Shown here: positions 25,401 through 39,900 of the stretch, piece by piece | Layout of the letters: each line of letters begins with the position of its first letter | How positions within the stretch are numbered: the first letter of the stretch is position 1 | NCBI GenBank assembly: GCA_013239625.1 | Contig: MU053561.1 | Span: forward strand, 4,031,992 to 4,095,991 | Length of the DNA: 64,000 bases | Direction: 5' to 3' | From: Lama guanicoe | Taxonomy: Eukaryota | Notes under the pieces: generated by a model | Databases searched by the model: none | Seen by the model: only the letters and a program-made list of their open reading frames with translations | What the model was told of the DNA's origin: nothing | Program-made: the position numbers and the translations under genes

Positions 25401-27225
25401 AAATGAATCTTGAATGACAATACGTATCAACGCACCTGACGAGCATGAATTACAGGGCTACCGAATGTAGTTGTCGGAACCCTTCCTAATTTCCATCCCT
25501 GCTCAAAGCCAAGTGGAAGACGCACATGTTCTGCTGCCAGCAAGTTCAAACCGAGTTCTTCCTTGATACTCCCCTCTAATTTGCCTCCTGAAGAACAGAG
25601 GCCAAGGGGAGCAGTTGCATTAGCTATGGCTCTTTGAGATTTATGTAGCAGACTTTGCAACCACCCCTCTCTGGAACTGTGTTTCCTAAGGAGCTACCAT
25701 AATAAGAATTGTTCTACCAATGTGTTGCATTGGTAGTGGGCGTGGCTTGCCTCCTTCCTGGCCATGGCCAGAACTGCTCATCTGTTAACTGCTTTACAAT
25801 TATCCTCAAGTCACTTCAGGAAGGTATTACTATTTCCCAATTTGGATTTTAAGCTTCCTGAAGACCTGGGTCCCACTTTTCCGTTTAACTGTATTATCAC
25901 GCAGGACCAGGGACCCAGAAGCCTTGCTAAATCCACCCAGAAATGAGAGAAGGCAGGAGAAAAGTCCCCCACAGCGGAAACACAGGGTTGCTGGGGCTCA
26001 TTCCTTTTTTTGCTGTAAAATCAGTCTCTGTGGCCCCAAATTTCAATAGCACAGAAGTTCCCATCATCTCCATGAAGAAGTTATGTCCAGGCCATGGAGC
26101 TAAAACTGTTCTCTATACAAACACGGAATATTTTAAAATACCCAGTTCAAGTGGATTGCCACACTACTTAAAAACAGTTCTCCACTTTAAAAAGCAGCTT
26201 TAGACAGCCTGTTTAGATTTCCAAAACATCTGTGTCTATATTGCTTGGAAACTCACACTCCAGAGCATAGAAGCCGTCCGTCTCCGGTAGGTCTGCCACC
26301 GAGCTGCTTCAAAAATAACCAAAGGAGGAGAATGAAACAAACTCTTCAAACAAGTGCTCCCCTTCTACGGCTCACACACTTGCTTCATTCCTCTTTTATT
26401 TCATTTCTTCCAAAAATGGTTTCGTCTCCAAGGCATGATGTGAAGAGATGGGGCTCCAGGCGGGTGGGCTGGGACATGAAGGTGGGCAGTGGCCTCTCAC
26501 AGCCATCTTTCCAGGACCCAGCAGACCACCTCCCACAGGCCCCCAAGCATGTCCCTGCAGATGGAAAATCATAAAATGCTTTTCTTCACAGAAAATTCTC
26601 CTAAACCTACCAGACCGTGTTCCCAGAAGGGCGAGTCTCAGAATCAGCAGGGACCTGAGAAGCCACCTAGTGGGACATTCCTCCCCATGCAGCAATTTCC
26701 TTGTCCCCAGGCCCTCTGGTCGGGGGCTCTCTCCCCACTGTGGCGTGGGGAGGGGGGTCTTCCAATGACAGGCACTTGTCACCTCAAGGGACAGTTTAGG
26801 CCTTTGCTTTTTTATTAGTTATTCCCCATATCCCACCCCAAATTGCTTCCCTGTAACTCAAACCATCAGACCTGCCCTACCCTGTGAAGCCTTAAAGGAT
26901 AAATCATGTCCCTCTTTTCCATGGCAGACATTCAAATACGTTAAAACAGTTGCCGGGTTTCCTTCGGGTCTTCCTTTCTTTGGGCTATCTAATCCCGCTT
27001 CCCTGAAAGCAGCCCACGCCTGATGGGATTGTCAGGGTTTTCCCACTCAGGCGGCCCCACTGGACATGCTCCTGCTTGAAGATGTCTTATGGGCAGGCAG
27101 GGAGCTCCAAGAGAGGAAGAAAATCCTCTGGATGTGGTCTGCCGAGTACTCAAGACACTGGAATCATTACCGCTCTTACCCTTTGTTCTTTAAAAAATGA
27201 GACAATTGTAGCATTCTATGGTTTA

Positions 27226-27227
<2 letters not shown>

Positions 27228-27304
<77 letters not shown>

Positions 27305-27381
27305 NNNNNNNNNNNNNNNNNNNNNNNNNNNNNNNNNNNNNNNNNNNNNNNNNNNNNNNNNNTGTGTGTGTGTGTGTGTGT
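27228..27381. repeat. Long (TG)n microsatellite spanning an assembly gap (N 27305-27362)
   Basis: Seen directly. Confidence 0.97.
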
Positions 27382-27664
27382 TTGCATCAACTGGCTCTTA
27401 AGTTACTTTCACCTCATCCTGGACTTTGTTGATTTTTTTTGAAGCATAGAGCTGATCTTGACCTTGACCTCTCATTTTTATTCTCCCAGTTTAAAGGCTT
27501 AATTTAGCCTAATGAAATCTTTTTGAATCTTGATTTTGTCATCTAACATGTCATCTGTTTCTTGCAGCTTGAGGAGGAAAGTGACTTTGGTATATTAATC
27601 AGAGCCTAAGATTTTTTTTTTAAGGTATGCATACAAGAGAGCCCAGAACAGAATATACAACGGT

Positions 27665-27915
27665 TAACAACATTCACTGCATGTTTACCATGTGCCAGAC
27701 TCTGTTCTAAACCCTTCTTATGAGTTAACACATATGATCCTCCTATCAATTCTAATATATAATTATAATTAGTATCCCCATTTTACTGATGAGAAAACTG
27801 AAGCACAGAGAGGTTAAGTAACTTGCCCAAGGCCATTCAGCTAACACATGGCAGAGGCAGGATTGGAGACCAGGCACCGTGGCTCCGGAGCCCATCATCT
27901 TGTCCGCTGCTCTGC
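27665..27915 (-). mobile_element. MIR SINE, near full length
   Basis: atccccattttactgatgagaaaactgaagcacagagaggttaagtaacttgcccaaggcca core. Confidence 0.9.
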
Positions 27916-29009
27916 ACTGCCCCTGCTGGAAGACATCAAGAGACTTCCTGCCACTTTGGCATCAGTAGCCCAGCAAGTGATGTTCTTCAGGAATAACTGG
28001 GTTCACTAGCTAGAAGTCGAAAAGTTGTGCTATCATTTAACTGCTCTCCATCCTTTCTTTCCATACATATATTGTAAGGAACTCTGTCAAATGCTTTCTG
28101 AAGCCAAAATGTACAGTGTCTATAACACTCTCTTGATCTGCAAGTTCAATAAACTCATCAAAAATGATTTCGTTTGGAATGGCCTGTTCTTAAAGATCTA
28201 TGCTGTCTAGTGCTTGCTTGCCCTCCCTCTGGCCCTTTAAGCCAGCCTGGCTCCCCTACAACACCACCCTCAGCTGCTCTTCATTCTCACAGAGGGCTGT
28301 TCTGCTTATTCTAGTCTAGTCCAGTCCAGTCTTGCTGCAAAAACCCTCCACAGCCTAGTCTAATTCCTAGGCATTCTAATCCCAGCTTTGATCCTTCTCA
28401 CAGAGTGTACCTACAAGTGTGTTTTATGGAACAATCCTTTCGCCAGATAATAGTTTTTTGTGGTTTTTCTTTCTTTCTTTCTTTTTGGGGGGTGGTTCTT
28501 GAGTTAAAAAAAATTAAGCCAGTTCATTTACTGTGGCACTCTTAATATGCTAATGTGCATTATGAAGCTCTAGTTAGAGTGATATTCTATGTAGAATTTC
28601 AAATTAGTTGACCATGGAATCTGTGCTGCACATATAAACCAAAAAAAAAACCGAGATATTGGGGCATATTATATAGTAGGGTATATTTGGTCACCAATAA
28701 CTATTTCCTTCTCTAAATGCTCACAAATTACCTGTTTGTTAATGTATTCTAGAATTCTGCCAAGGATACAGAGAAATCTAACCAACAGGTCAATGTCAGA
28801 ATCTATGTTTTCTTACTTTTTAAAAGACAGATATTTATGTGACTCTGTTTTAGTGGGATTGATTCTGTATGTATTCTAGGATAAGTGTTCTCTGGACTTG
28901 GACATTTGAACTAGAAGTAGCTGCTTCTTCTTACTGAAATTGGGCCTCAATTTCCCCTTAACTGTATCTGTGCTTACCTTTGTAGATTAACCCTTTTTTT
29001 CTTGCTCCA

Positions 29010-29592
29010 ATACTGCCTTCAAGTCTTACTCCAATGTCACAGATGTCACAGTTTTAAAGAAACAAAGCCTTTGCTGACCACCTTATTTTAAATTCCAACA
29101 CCTTCCCAATACTCTCCCCTCCTCCTTTCCTACATTACGTTTCTCAGGACATCTCAATGCCTTCGAATGTAGTATATAATCTACCTGCTTTGTTTTTTGG
29201 CTATGCCTCTACAGGGAGATATTACTGTGTCTCTAGAACCTGCAATACCTAGCACGGAGAAGGTTCCCAGTACATCTCTGTTGAATGAATGGAGAAGGTA
29301 GAAGTAGAGAATCATTCAAAATACATACATTAGATGCTTTCGACATGGTAGGCACTGTGTTAGTGACATCCAACTTAAGTGGTTTAAATGACACCTCAGC
29401 GAAGGACTCATTACACTCTCAAAGTTTTCTTTGCTTTTCTTTCAGAGCACTTACCACATTTTGAAATTATATATCTAGTGTATAATTATTTGTCTTCCCT
29501 ATCAATCCATAAGGAAAACATCTAGTCTACTTTGTCACTTTTCCCCTCAGTGCCTAGCCCAGAGTAGGTGCTCAATAATAAGTGAATGAATG
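29010..29592 (+). mobile_element. Two L2 3'-end fragments
   Basis: cctagcacggagaaggttcccagtacatctctgttgaatgaat (~29290) and cagtgcctagcccagagtaggtgctcaataataagtgaatgaatg (~29590). Confidence 0.7.
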
Positions 29593-30212
29593 CTTGTTTT
29601 TACTCCAAGGCATTGGCCTCAAACCCCAGTGTGGACCTCCAGGGGATCAGGTTGGAACATGTAGTTCTTTTGCCAGGGCTAAAGGCACCCTAGAGCCTTG
29701 GGCCTAGACCCAAAGCAAGTCAAACAACTAACTCTTTCCCCTTTCCACCTACATCTACAGCCAGACCTCAGCTCTCTAGTTTACTATTTTGGTGGGAAGC
29801 AGAATTGGCACAAGGCATACCAGTAGGCAAGGAGGAAAGTACACAAGCTTACGAGAGCCAAGGCAAGTGAGCAGAGCTCAGCAGGATGGAGAGAGAGCCA
29901 CTGGGCTCCGCACCTCACCAGCAGCACAAGTGGCAGGAGTGGGGTGGGTTAGACAAAGACAGAGAGAGTCCCAGTGTCTAGAGCTTCTTGCCACAGAAAT
30001 TTTCGGCAGAGGCAATAGTCAGTTCTAGTCCTTCCATCAGCCCTATGGTAGAAGCCAAAAATGTGTTACTATGAAGGTGGAATTACTAAGGTTCAGAATC
30101 GCAGGAGAGAGTAGACAGCACCATTAGTTCTATGCTCCAGTCAAATTCCCTAGAATTTGGTGACTCTTTAGTATCCCTCCTACTCCCTAGGAGATGGAAG
30201 AGCCAAAGGTTT

Positions 30213-30607
30213 TGTTATGGGCTGAGTATTTTCACCCTAAATTCATATGTCAAAGTCCTAGCTTTCTGTACCTTAGAAAGTGACTGTATTTGGAAATCAA
30301 ATCTTTAAAGAGATAATTAAGTTAAAATGAGATCATTTGTTAGGGTGGGCACTTATCCAATATGACTAGTGTACTTGTAAGAAAAGGATATTAGGACACA
30401 GACATGCACAAAGGAAAGACCATGCGAGGATGCAGCACAAAAGCAGCTGTCTACAAACCAAGGAGAGAGGCTGCAGAAGGAACCAACCCTGCCAACACCT
30501 TGATCCTGGAATTCTAGCCTCCAGACTTGAGACAATAAATTCCTATCGTTTAAGTCACCCAGTCTGTGGTGCTTGTTATGGTAGCCCAGGTTATTATTGG
30601 CACACTA
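30213..30607 (+). mobile_element. MaLR solo LTR (MLT1B-like)
   Basis: tgttatgggctga...aattcatatgt...gtgactgtatttgga...aaccaaccctgccaacaccttgatc...ttctagcctccaga...gacaataaattcc. Confidence 0.88.
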
Positions 30608-30629
30608 ACGTAAGTTTTCTTCCTCTAGA

Positions 30630-30805
30630 AGAGTGTTCCCCAATCTTGACTGCATATTCTAAACATTTGAATTGCTTTAAAAATATACCCATGACTGGGT
30701 CCCAACCCAAAGCAAGCCAGAATCTCTAGAGAGGGATCAAGCATTGATATTTTTTAGAAGCTCCCCAGGTAATTCCACAGGGCAGCCAGTGCTGAGGAAC
30801 ACTGC
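30630..30805. mobile_element. MER5-like hAT MITE
   Basis: gtgttccccaatcttgactgcat...agaagctccccaggtaattcc...gcagccagtgctgaggaacactg. Confidence 0.6.
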
Positions 30806-31589
30806 CTTAGGTGGCTCTGGATTTAGCACCACCCCTCATTACACACCGATTATCAGCTGGAGGTAGAAGAAGGAGGCCAGGGACACATCTCCTCAGGGAA
30901 TGAAGGCACATACTTTGACATGCTCCATGGTTGACAGTTGCTGCCCAAGCATCTGACAAACACCAAGTATCAGAGTCTTTATACCATGGCTACATCACTG
31001 CTGATCACCTAATTTTTTTCATCTTTAAATCAGATAAGAGTACATCTTTGGAAATTATTTTTCAAGAAGACATAGATAGGTACATTTTCTGAGCCCTTGC
31101 ATGTTAGAAAATAGTTTCCTTTTATCTTCACACATGGAAGGCAATTTGGCTGAGAAAATGCTCTTGAGTCACAGTTTTTTAGTGTTTATGTATGTGTCCA
31201 TTGCTTCACTGTCTTCTGGTAATTAATATTGAAGAGTATAAATCTGGAGACAGTTTGATCTTGGTTCTTTTGTATTATAATATTTTTCCATATTGTTACT
31301 TCTTTATCACGTAATTTAAAATTTTAGTCAGAAAATCTAACCCAGAATGTCTTTTTACTTTTTTTGTTTTGTTTTGTTTTGTTTCCTGGAACATAAAAAC
31401 CTTTGAAGATTTGCATACATCAGTCCTTTTTTTCAGAGCAGGAAAATGTTCTTTTGTTTTCTTTTATTACATCACTGACTACTTCTGCTCATTTTTTCCC
31501 TCGTCTCCTCAGAAGTATCAATTATTCAAATGTTAGAGCTTTCAATGGAATTAATTCATTCAACAAACATTTATTGGGAGTTACAGCAT

Positions 31590-32390
31590 ACACTGTTGAT
31601 TGCACATTCAGTGGCCATTTCCCTCGTCCTAAATTTTCATGGAACTCCAATTTTGTCTCCAAAATCTGTTCTTCCCCCCAGATGATTCAAATTAATCTTG
31701 CTTCGTATAGGTCAATCATGGCGTCTCTATACACTTTGTCAGTTATTGATTTAGGATAGGGAGTAGTTTAGGGCTGATTTGTGCTCAGTTTTGACCAATG
31801 AAACATGAGAGGAAGTCTTCTGGGGAACTTTTGGAATATATATATGTATTAATTCCTTACAAGAGACACCAGAAAGAGCCAGGGAGTCTTTTTTTTTTTT
31901 TAATCTCTGGACATTCATGTCTGGCACTATGACAGCCATTTTGTGACCAGGGAGGTAACCAACATGCTGATTATGGAAAAGACGAAACACAGAAGCAACC
32001 TGGTTCTTAATGATATCACTGTGCCACTCAATCAATCCTGGAACCACACCATCTCTAGAATTCTTGATACATAAGATAACAAATCCCATTATTATCTAAG
32101 CCAGGAGTTGGCAAATTTTATCTGTAAAGGGGCAGAAAGTAAATAGCTATGCTTTGCAAACACTGTGAGCTCTGTAGCAACCACTGAACTCTGCCACTGA
32201 AGCATGAAGCTGTCATAGACAACACATAAATGGATGAGTGGCTGTGTATCAAAAAAACTTTATTTGCAACAAAGGCTACAGGTGGGATTTGACCTGTGGG
32301 CTGAAGTTTTCTGACTCCTGATTTAAGTCATTTTAACTAGGACTTTCTGCTAGACACAACTAAGTGCACTCTGAAGGACACAGATACTAC
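31590..32390 (+). mobile_element. Old MaLR LTR (MLT1K/L-like) interrupted by MER58
   Basis: cagttttgaccaatgaaacatgagaggaagtc...cagccattttgtgacca...aacctggttcttaatgatatcactg; resumes after 32321. Confidence 0.55.
32102..32320. mobile_element. MER58A-like hAT MITE
   Basis: Terminal inverted repeats CAGGAGTTGGCAAA / TTTTCTGACTCCTG; degenerate 8-bp TSD atctaagc (32094-32101) / atttaagt (32321-32328). Confidence 0.85.
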
Positions 32391-32999
32391 ATAGCAAGTC
32401 CTGAACATGCATTTGGCAATAAATCATGAATGAGATAGAGTTTCTGAATATTAGAAGCTAACCTCCAAGACAGGAGAGGTGGGAAGCAAACAGGTAATCA
32501 CACTAGAGTGTGATAAGTACTTCAATAGGAGAATGTAGGTCACCATGGGAGCTCAAGGGAGAGACAAGAAACCCAGTTTTGGAGATGTCCAAAAAGGACT
32601 AAAAGAGGAAACCTCACCCACCCACAGCTAGCATCTTCTCACATCAGTTTCATTATTCACCTTAAGATCTGCTTACGTTTGTTCTTCACATTATTTAATT
32701 TTCCAAACCATAAAATCATTTCCTTATTGCTTCCAATACGGATTTTACCTGAGCTACTGCATTTAATTTTCCATAATTGTTCAATTATCCCACCCTCTCC
32801 AAATTTACCCTACACCCTTGTCTTTGTATCTCAGCCTTCTGTCTTTTCATCTTAGCTTGTTGTCCCCTTAGAATTTTCTACATCTTTGCTATAGAACCCA
32901 TATCTTCTTGCATTTCACCAAAGAAGCCAAGTAATTTACTGAAATTTTACTCTGAGTCCTTCAGTATTTCATTTTTTAGAGCATGTTCTTTCACTCTTT

Positions 33000-35900
33000 A
33001 AATAAAACATACAGTACTATAAATGAGTATGTGTAATTTATGTGTACTACATAAGGAATCTTTATTAAATAAGCACACATGTACCCATCACTTTGTTTTA
33101 AAAATAGCACGTTATCAATATCTTTGAAACTCCATGTGAGCTTTTTGCCTTATCCCTGACCCTGAGGTGAACACTGTCCTGAATTTGCTGTTAATCAACC
33201 TCCTGTTTTTCTTTACATTTTTACCATGTATCAATGTATCCCCAACAATAAGTTGTTTAGTTTTGCCTTTTTATATATATGCAAATTGAATCATATTATA
33301 TGTATTCTTTAATGACTTAATTTTTACTCAACATGAAATTTATCCACGTTAGTGCGTATAGTTGTAGTCCACTCATTTTTACTTTGGCATAGTATTTTGT
33401 TATGTGAATATACTACAATTTATTTATCTATCCAAGTATTGATGAACTTTGCATTGCTTCCAGTTTTTGCTGTTACAAATAATGCTACAATCACAATCTT
33501 ATTCATGGTTCTTAGTTCACTTGTGCAGTTCCTCTAGGAAAAGTATACTGATGTGGAATTCCTACATAGCAGGATATTCACATCATTGCACCAAGGGTTT
33601 TCTAAGACAGCTGCATCAATTTACACTCCAACTAGCAGTGTCTTAATGTTTCCATTGTTCCATATCCTTGACAGTACTTAGCATTGTAAGATTTGTTAAT
33701 TTTGTAAATCTGGGCAATAAGAGGTGCTAATTGTGATACTCCTTACACAGTTGAACATCTTTGCATGTATATTGACTAGTGCTGCTTCTTTTCTGTGAAT
33801 TGCTTGTTCATGTATTTTGACCATTTTTTCCAACGCATTGTTTATGTTTTTCTTGTTAATTTATAGGCGTTTGTGATATAAACTAGATAGTAATTCTTTA
33901 TTGGCCAATAAGTTGCAACTATTTTCTGACAATTTATGGCTTATCTTTTTACTTTCTTTCGAAGGAAAAGTTCTTAATTATAATGCAGTCAAATTTATCA
34001 ATCTAATTTTTATAAGGCTTGCCCCTTTGACTCTCTTTTAAGAAATCCTGTGCTATTCCCAATGTCCTGCATTTGTCGTATATGAAGTAAGATCCAATTA
34101 TTTTTCCTCATAGATAACAGTTGTCTTAATGAGAGCTCTTAAATGGTTCATCTTTTCCCAATTGATCTTCAATGCCATCTTTTCATACATTTTTTTTTTT
34201 TAAGTTTGTCTCTGGGCTCTCTATTCTATTCCATTTGGGCTATTTTCCTATCCCTGTACCCAAACCACTCTGTCTTAATAGCTCGTCTCATAGCTTGAAA
34301 TAAGACTTGGTTTGGTAGAACAAGTCCTCCTACATTTTTCTTCAGTAGTGTATTAGCTATTTATGACTCACATTAATTGTATTTAGTTTGCCCACATTAA
34401 TTTTTTTTTTAGTTTAGGGGTTTTTATGTTGTTATTGTTTTTTTGTTTTGTTTTTTTGCAGGGGGAGGTAACTAGGTGTACTTGTTTATTTACTTTTTTG
34501 GTGGAGGTACTGGGGAATTGAACCCAGGACCTTGTGCATGCTAGGCATGAGCTCTACCACGGAGCTACACCCTCCCCCTAATTTTAGAATTAGCTAATCA
34601 AATTCCTCAAATCCCTTGTTCATAATTTTATTAGAACTACACTGAATCTGTAGATTTCTGGGGAAATTAACTGCTTCACAATGTTGAGTCTTCTTGTCTG
34701 TGGCCAGGATATGTCTCATGTCAAACAAATATATTTATTTAGGTCTTCCTCAATGTCTTTCAATAAGTTGTTATACATCCCTACATAAATATCTTTCATA
34801 TCTTTTATTAAATCTCTTCCTAGGGGCTGAACTTTTTTTTTTTTTTTTTTGGTGTGTGGGAGAAGGGTAATATTATAAATTCCTTTTTGTGGGAAGGAAG
34901 GAGGAACTCCTTCTCTGTGCTGAGGATTTCCTTCCATGTGGAGGGAACTTCACCTGTGAAACAGTCCTGGCCTGTCTCCACCCCTCACTCATGCTGGCCC
35001 TGAGGGAGAAGAAGCAACATAATCTGATTAATGGTTTGGAAGGATAAACTTGGCTTTTTTCTCAGCCCCTTCTTCTCTTCCTCTTGGGAGCTGCTCTATC
35101 TATGAGAACATGTGGTCTTGATTACCCTAAGCCATGAAGAAAGCTTAACAGAAATAACTCTTCCCCTATAGAAGAGGCCTTTGGAGTTCCTATGCTGCCA
35201 GTGACTCCCTGGATAAGGCTGTCTAATTCTGGAACTCAGGATTATGAATCTCTCATATACATAAATATAAGTTGTATTCTCCAAAATCAATGTTTTTGAT
35301 AATAATGTTTCAGCATCTATCTGCCTACTCTTTTTGTCTGGTTCAGAACTCAGCTAGGAAGAAGGGTGCTATTAATTGGGCTTCTTTAAACTTCAATATG
35401 AATGCATTTTCTAACTGGACGTTACCATTATACAGACACACAATAGACATTTACATATCTGGCAAACTTCACAAATCTTTTATTAATTTTAATAATTTGC
35501 CTGTAGATTATGTAGTTTAGTTTTCTATATTGATAACAATAACATCTGAAAATAGTTTCACGTATTCCTTTCCAAACCTTGTAAGTGTCACATAAAATTC
35601 TTGTCTTAATTTGCTGGCTAAGCCCTCTGGCAAAATGTTGAACAGAGTGATGGAAGAAGCAACTTTCAAGGGCTTGCCTATAAAACAGCCTGAATGTGCC
35701 ATTTTCTTTTTAGGAAAATCTCTAAATACTTAATCCCTTAAATAGTTATAGGGACATTAATATTTTCTATTTTTTTCAGTTTTGGTAAGCTTTCACAATG
35801 TTGAGTCCAGGACTTTTTCCCACTCACATAAGTTTCAAATGTTATCAGCAAAAAGTTTTTCACTATATACTCTTATCTTCTATGTTATTACTTAAATACA

Positions 35901-38900
35901 CCGTCTCTCCTTTTCTCTTAATCAATCTTGTCAGAGATTTTTAAGCTTTATCATTCTTTCCAATCACTAAGCTTAGGCTTTGTTTACTATCTTAGTTTCT
36001 AGCTGCATTAATTTCAGTTCCAATCTTTAAAATTTCCCTTCTACTTTCTTTGCCTTATTTTTTTCTAACTCAATTTACTACTTATCACCTAATTTCTCTT
36101 CTAATGTAAACATTTAAGATTGTAAATTTCCCTGTGGGTACAGCTTCATACCTCACAAGCTGCTGTTTTATTGTTGTTTTTTCTTTCCAATTTTAACCTT
36201 TCTATTGTAAAATAAAATTCAGATACAGAAAACTACATAAACAGAAAAGCTCTTTTGATTTACAGTTTTTAGTATTTGTGTCCATGCTTTGGGTTTCTTC
36301 TTAAGGGACTGCTATTATTTATATCTTCTGTTGTATCTTCTTTGCCTAGCTTCAATATCCGTTGCTTCATCTGAAATTATTTTTCCTCTTTCTTCTTTTT
36401 TTTAAAGATTTTAATTTTTAAACAATTCCAAACTTATTAAAAAGTTGTGTATATTGTACAAAGAATTTTTTTTCCTGAGCAATCTGAGAATAAGTTGCCA
36501 ACTCAATGCTAATTTGTATTTCCTTTTAAAAAGAACACTCTTCTATATAACCACAACACAACCATCAAAATCAGAAAATTAACACTGATACATTAGCTCA
36601 CTTTGAAACAGTAGGTTATAGTTTTGGTTTCATTTTATGGGCCTGCATGTCACTCTACTGTGCATTCAGTGCTTGTAGGTTTGTTACTCTGTTCTGTATT
36701 CTATTCTTTCATATAATAGCTTTCTATGAGTTTTGACCTGGTTACTTCCCTGTTGCTCATTTTTATGGTATGGAATTGAACCTCAATACATTTATGTTGT
36801 TCAGTTTCAGAAGAAGATGTGGTTCAGGGTAGGTTTTCTAAGTTTACAGAGCTTCCTCTTCTATTAATTTCATGTTGTGTTAAAAAAAAATTCAGTAACT
36901 TGCTTTGAGAGAATTCCTAGGTCCATTTGTCTCCTCTACTCTTATCTGAACCATCTCTTTCCTGTGTGTCCATTGCCTTTATCCTGCTCAGTTTTTGTTC
37001 CACTTCCAGCCGTTCCTCCTGAGTGTAGGGCCCTGTCTTAGAAGAAAGTCCTGGCAGGTCTGTTTTGAAAGTTCTGCTCCAGCTCCTTCAGACCTTAGCA
37101 GGGACTTCTTGAGCTCATTTTTCTTTTCAGACAGTCACTAGTACCATGCTTATCTTGTGGCTATGGTGGTGGTACTTGTAATTGTACTTCAGGGTTCGAG
37201 GAAATATCTTATTGTCTAGTTTGGTTGCAAATGTCATTCATACCTGGGTTTTTGGTTTTATGATCCAGTTTCTCTCTCTGCTCTTTTATGTGGGTATTCA
37301 GAAAAATACTAAACCTATGCAGTCACCACTTGCCATAAATCCCCTCTATCCACACATTTTACTGTGTATATTTTCATTATTCAGTTCTCAGTAACTTTTA
37401 ATTTCCTCTTTCTTTTTGATCCATGGGTCTTTTTTTTTCCCCAAATAATATTACTTACTTCTAAATTATTTTGTGCTCAGATTATGTTCTTTAGGATGCT
37501 AATCATTTTAACTTTTTTGAGACTTGCTTTCTGTGATCAAACCTTTAAATGTTTCATGTGTGTTTAAAATAAATATACACTCTGCAGTCCTTGGGTGCAC
37601 TGTTAATTGTTATTCAAATATTTCATATCTTTATTTATTTTTGTTGGCTTGACTATCAATTACTGAAAGAATATGTATTAAAATTTTCCATTATGATAGT
37701 AATTAGATAGATGATAGGTAGATGATAAAGAGAGAGTTATACAGTTATGTATAGTTATTATATGCATATTAATCTAGAATTATTTTATCTTCCTGGTAAA
37801 TTGAACCATTTATAAATTATGGCAATATCTTTACCTTGAGCAATGTTTTCTCCTTTAAATCTATATTATTTTAGCTATCCTCCCTTTTCTTTGTTTGCTA
37901 TTTACCTGTAGCATGTTTCTTTATTCTCTTATTTTTAATCTTGCTGTGTGTGGCCTTAAATTTTGATGTTTCTCTTATAGACAGCATATAACTGGATTTT
38001 CCTTTTGTTTTTATCTCCTGAACTCTAACCTTTGACTTTTCATTTAGTCCACTGATATTTATTGCCAATTAGAAAATATTTTTATTCATTTCAAATTTCA
38101 TATTTTGTGGGTTTTGTTTCTTTTTTTCTATATTTTCCATCTAATTTAAAATTCTTACAATTTCTATTCTTTTGTTGGTTACCCTAGAACTTTTAACATG
38201 CACATATAGATTTGAAAAGTCTGAAGTTAAGCAATATTCTTTCCATCCTCCTGAATACAGAGCTTAGAACACTATAATGCTAATTACAAACCCCTCCCCC
38301 CATTTACTTGTGTTTTTCTCCATGGTTTAGTTTTATCATTTTTTATCCTCAAAATTAGACATTATTATAATTGTTTTATTTAGTTGATGACTATATTTTC
38401 CCTTATTTGTTATTTTCTTTGTTTACCATTTCTTCTCACATCTCAAGATCTTATTTTGCCATTTATTTTCTTTCCATCTTATGTATACCTTCTAGAGTTT
38501 CCTTTAATAAAAACCATCTGGTAGTACACTCTCAGTTTTTGTTTTTGTGAAACTGTTTTTATTTTGGTTTCATTGTTGACAGATAATTTTGCTAGGTATG
38601 CAGTTCTACATTTATAATTAGAAGACATTTTTCCATTGTTTTCTCATTATCATTGCTCCTGTTTAAAAGTCTGCTTAAGTCTAACTGGCATTCTTTTGCA
38701 GACTATTGATCTAGTGATCTTCATTTTGTTATTCTGTAGTTTACTATGATGTATCTGGGTGTGGACTTCTTTCTATTTATCCTGTGTTAGCTTCCTGAAT
38801 ATAAGAATTGGTATATTTTAGTAATGATGGAAAATTCTCACTCATTATCACTTTGAATATTACTTCTCACCACCACCCATTCTCTCATCTTTCCTTGTGG

Positions 38901-39900
38901 AACTCTGATTAGGATAAGGGTATACCTTTTCAAGCTAACCTCCATGATTCCCAATATCCCACACACTCACCTCTTTTTTTTTTCTCTTGGTTCTCTGTGC
39001 AGCATTCCAGGTAATTTCTTCAGTCTATCTTTCAATTCACTAATTTTCTCTTTATATGATTCTAAACTGTTTTTTAACTTCTTTAATCCACACACCAAAT
39101 TTCTAATCTCAACTTGAAATTCTATTTTGTTCCTTTTCATTTCTTCTTAGTCACTTTTTATAATCTTCTTCCCTTTTGTAACATTTTAAATGCCCTCTTT
39201 TTTCTTTAAGCTTACTAAAAATAGTTTACATTCTATTTTTGACAATGCCAGTGTATTCAAGCTTTGTCCTTCTGTATTGTTATTCTTGTGTCTTCTAATT
39301 CTAGCACATGGTGGTTTCTTTGCATGTGTATGCATGCGTGGTTTTAAGTTCATAGCCCTTAAAATGTATCTATAGTAATTTTTGAGTTCTGAAATTTAAA
39401 AAAATATTCCCACAGAGAGGATTTTTATTTGATCCTTTAAGGGAGCTGGGTGGACAACTAATCTTGAGATCTCTTTAAAATAAGTATTCAGCCTGGAGGT
39501 TGGTTTTCAAATCTTAGAGTTACTGTGAATTTTGGTCCCAGATACATGTGAAGGTAAGCTTGGGATTAGGAGCTGCTGCAGAAGACTTTGCCTTCTCCTC
39601 CTCCACTCAGCATCAAAGCTAAGACATAAAAATATCCCCACTATCTCTGTGGCATTGTTTTTTCCCCTAACTTATCACCAAGGATGTTGTCTTTCAGTGA
39701 TGCTTGCTTTGTGCAGGAGTCTCAGATCTGACTTGCCTCTCACCTTACAAGGGCTCTGTCTTCTGCCCAGTTAAAGTCTAAGCTCTAGAAAACTAGGAAT
39801 CCACATATGACCGTGTACAAATGCTGTCCAGAACTTTCTTGTCATTTTAGGTTTTGAAGATTTCTTTTACTTTCCCACCAACCCAGCAAAGCATTTAAAC
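33000..39900 (-). mobile_element. Ancient fragmented L1 cluster (L1M/L1ME-type), antisense
   Basis: T-rich + strand; minus-strand peptides LGRDLIKDMKDIY...LLKDIEEDLNK (34716-34830) and LFNILPEGLASKLRQE...GKEYVKLFSD (35517-35702) match L1 ORF2 RT regions; ORF1-region-like sequence near 38500-39100. Confidence 0.85.
34401..34578 (-). mobile_element. tRNA-derived camelid SINE (Vic-1-like)
   Basis: Reverse strand GGGGGAGGGTGTAGCTCCGTGGTAGAG...GGTCCTGGGTTCAATTCCCCAGTACCTCC with Pol III A/B boxes and A-rich tail. Confidence 0.88.

Larger units (their letters stand above)
26860..28950 (-). mobile_element. Fragmented CR1/L3 LINE interrupted by a microsatellite, a MIR and other sequence
   Basis: 3'-type ORF2 sequence at 26860-27210; reverse strand near 28083-28103 reads QKAFDR (RT motif DFSKAFD). 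Confidence 0.6.

Noticed and set aside
27076..27442. Cys/Val- and His/Thr-repeat ORFs (also at 3991-4376 and 11424-11705)
   Set aside because: Translations of microsatellites and N gaps.
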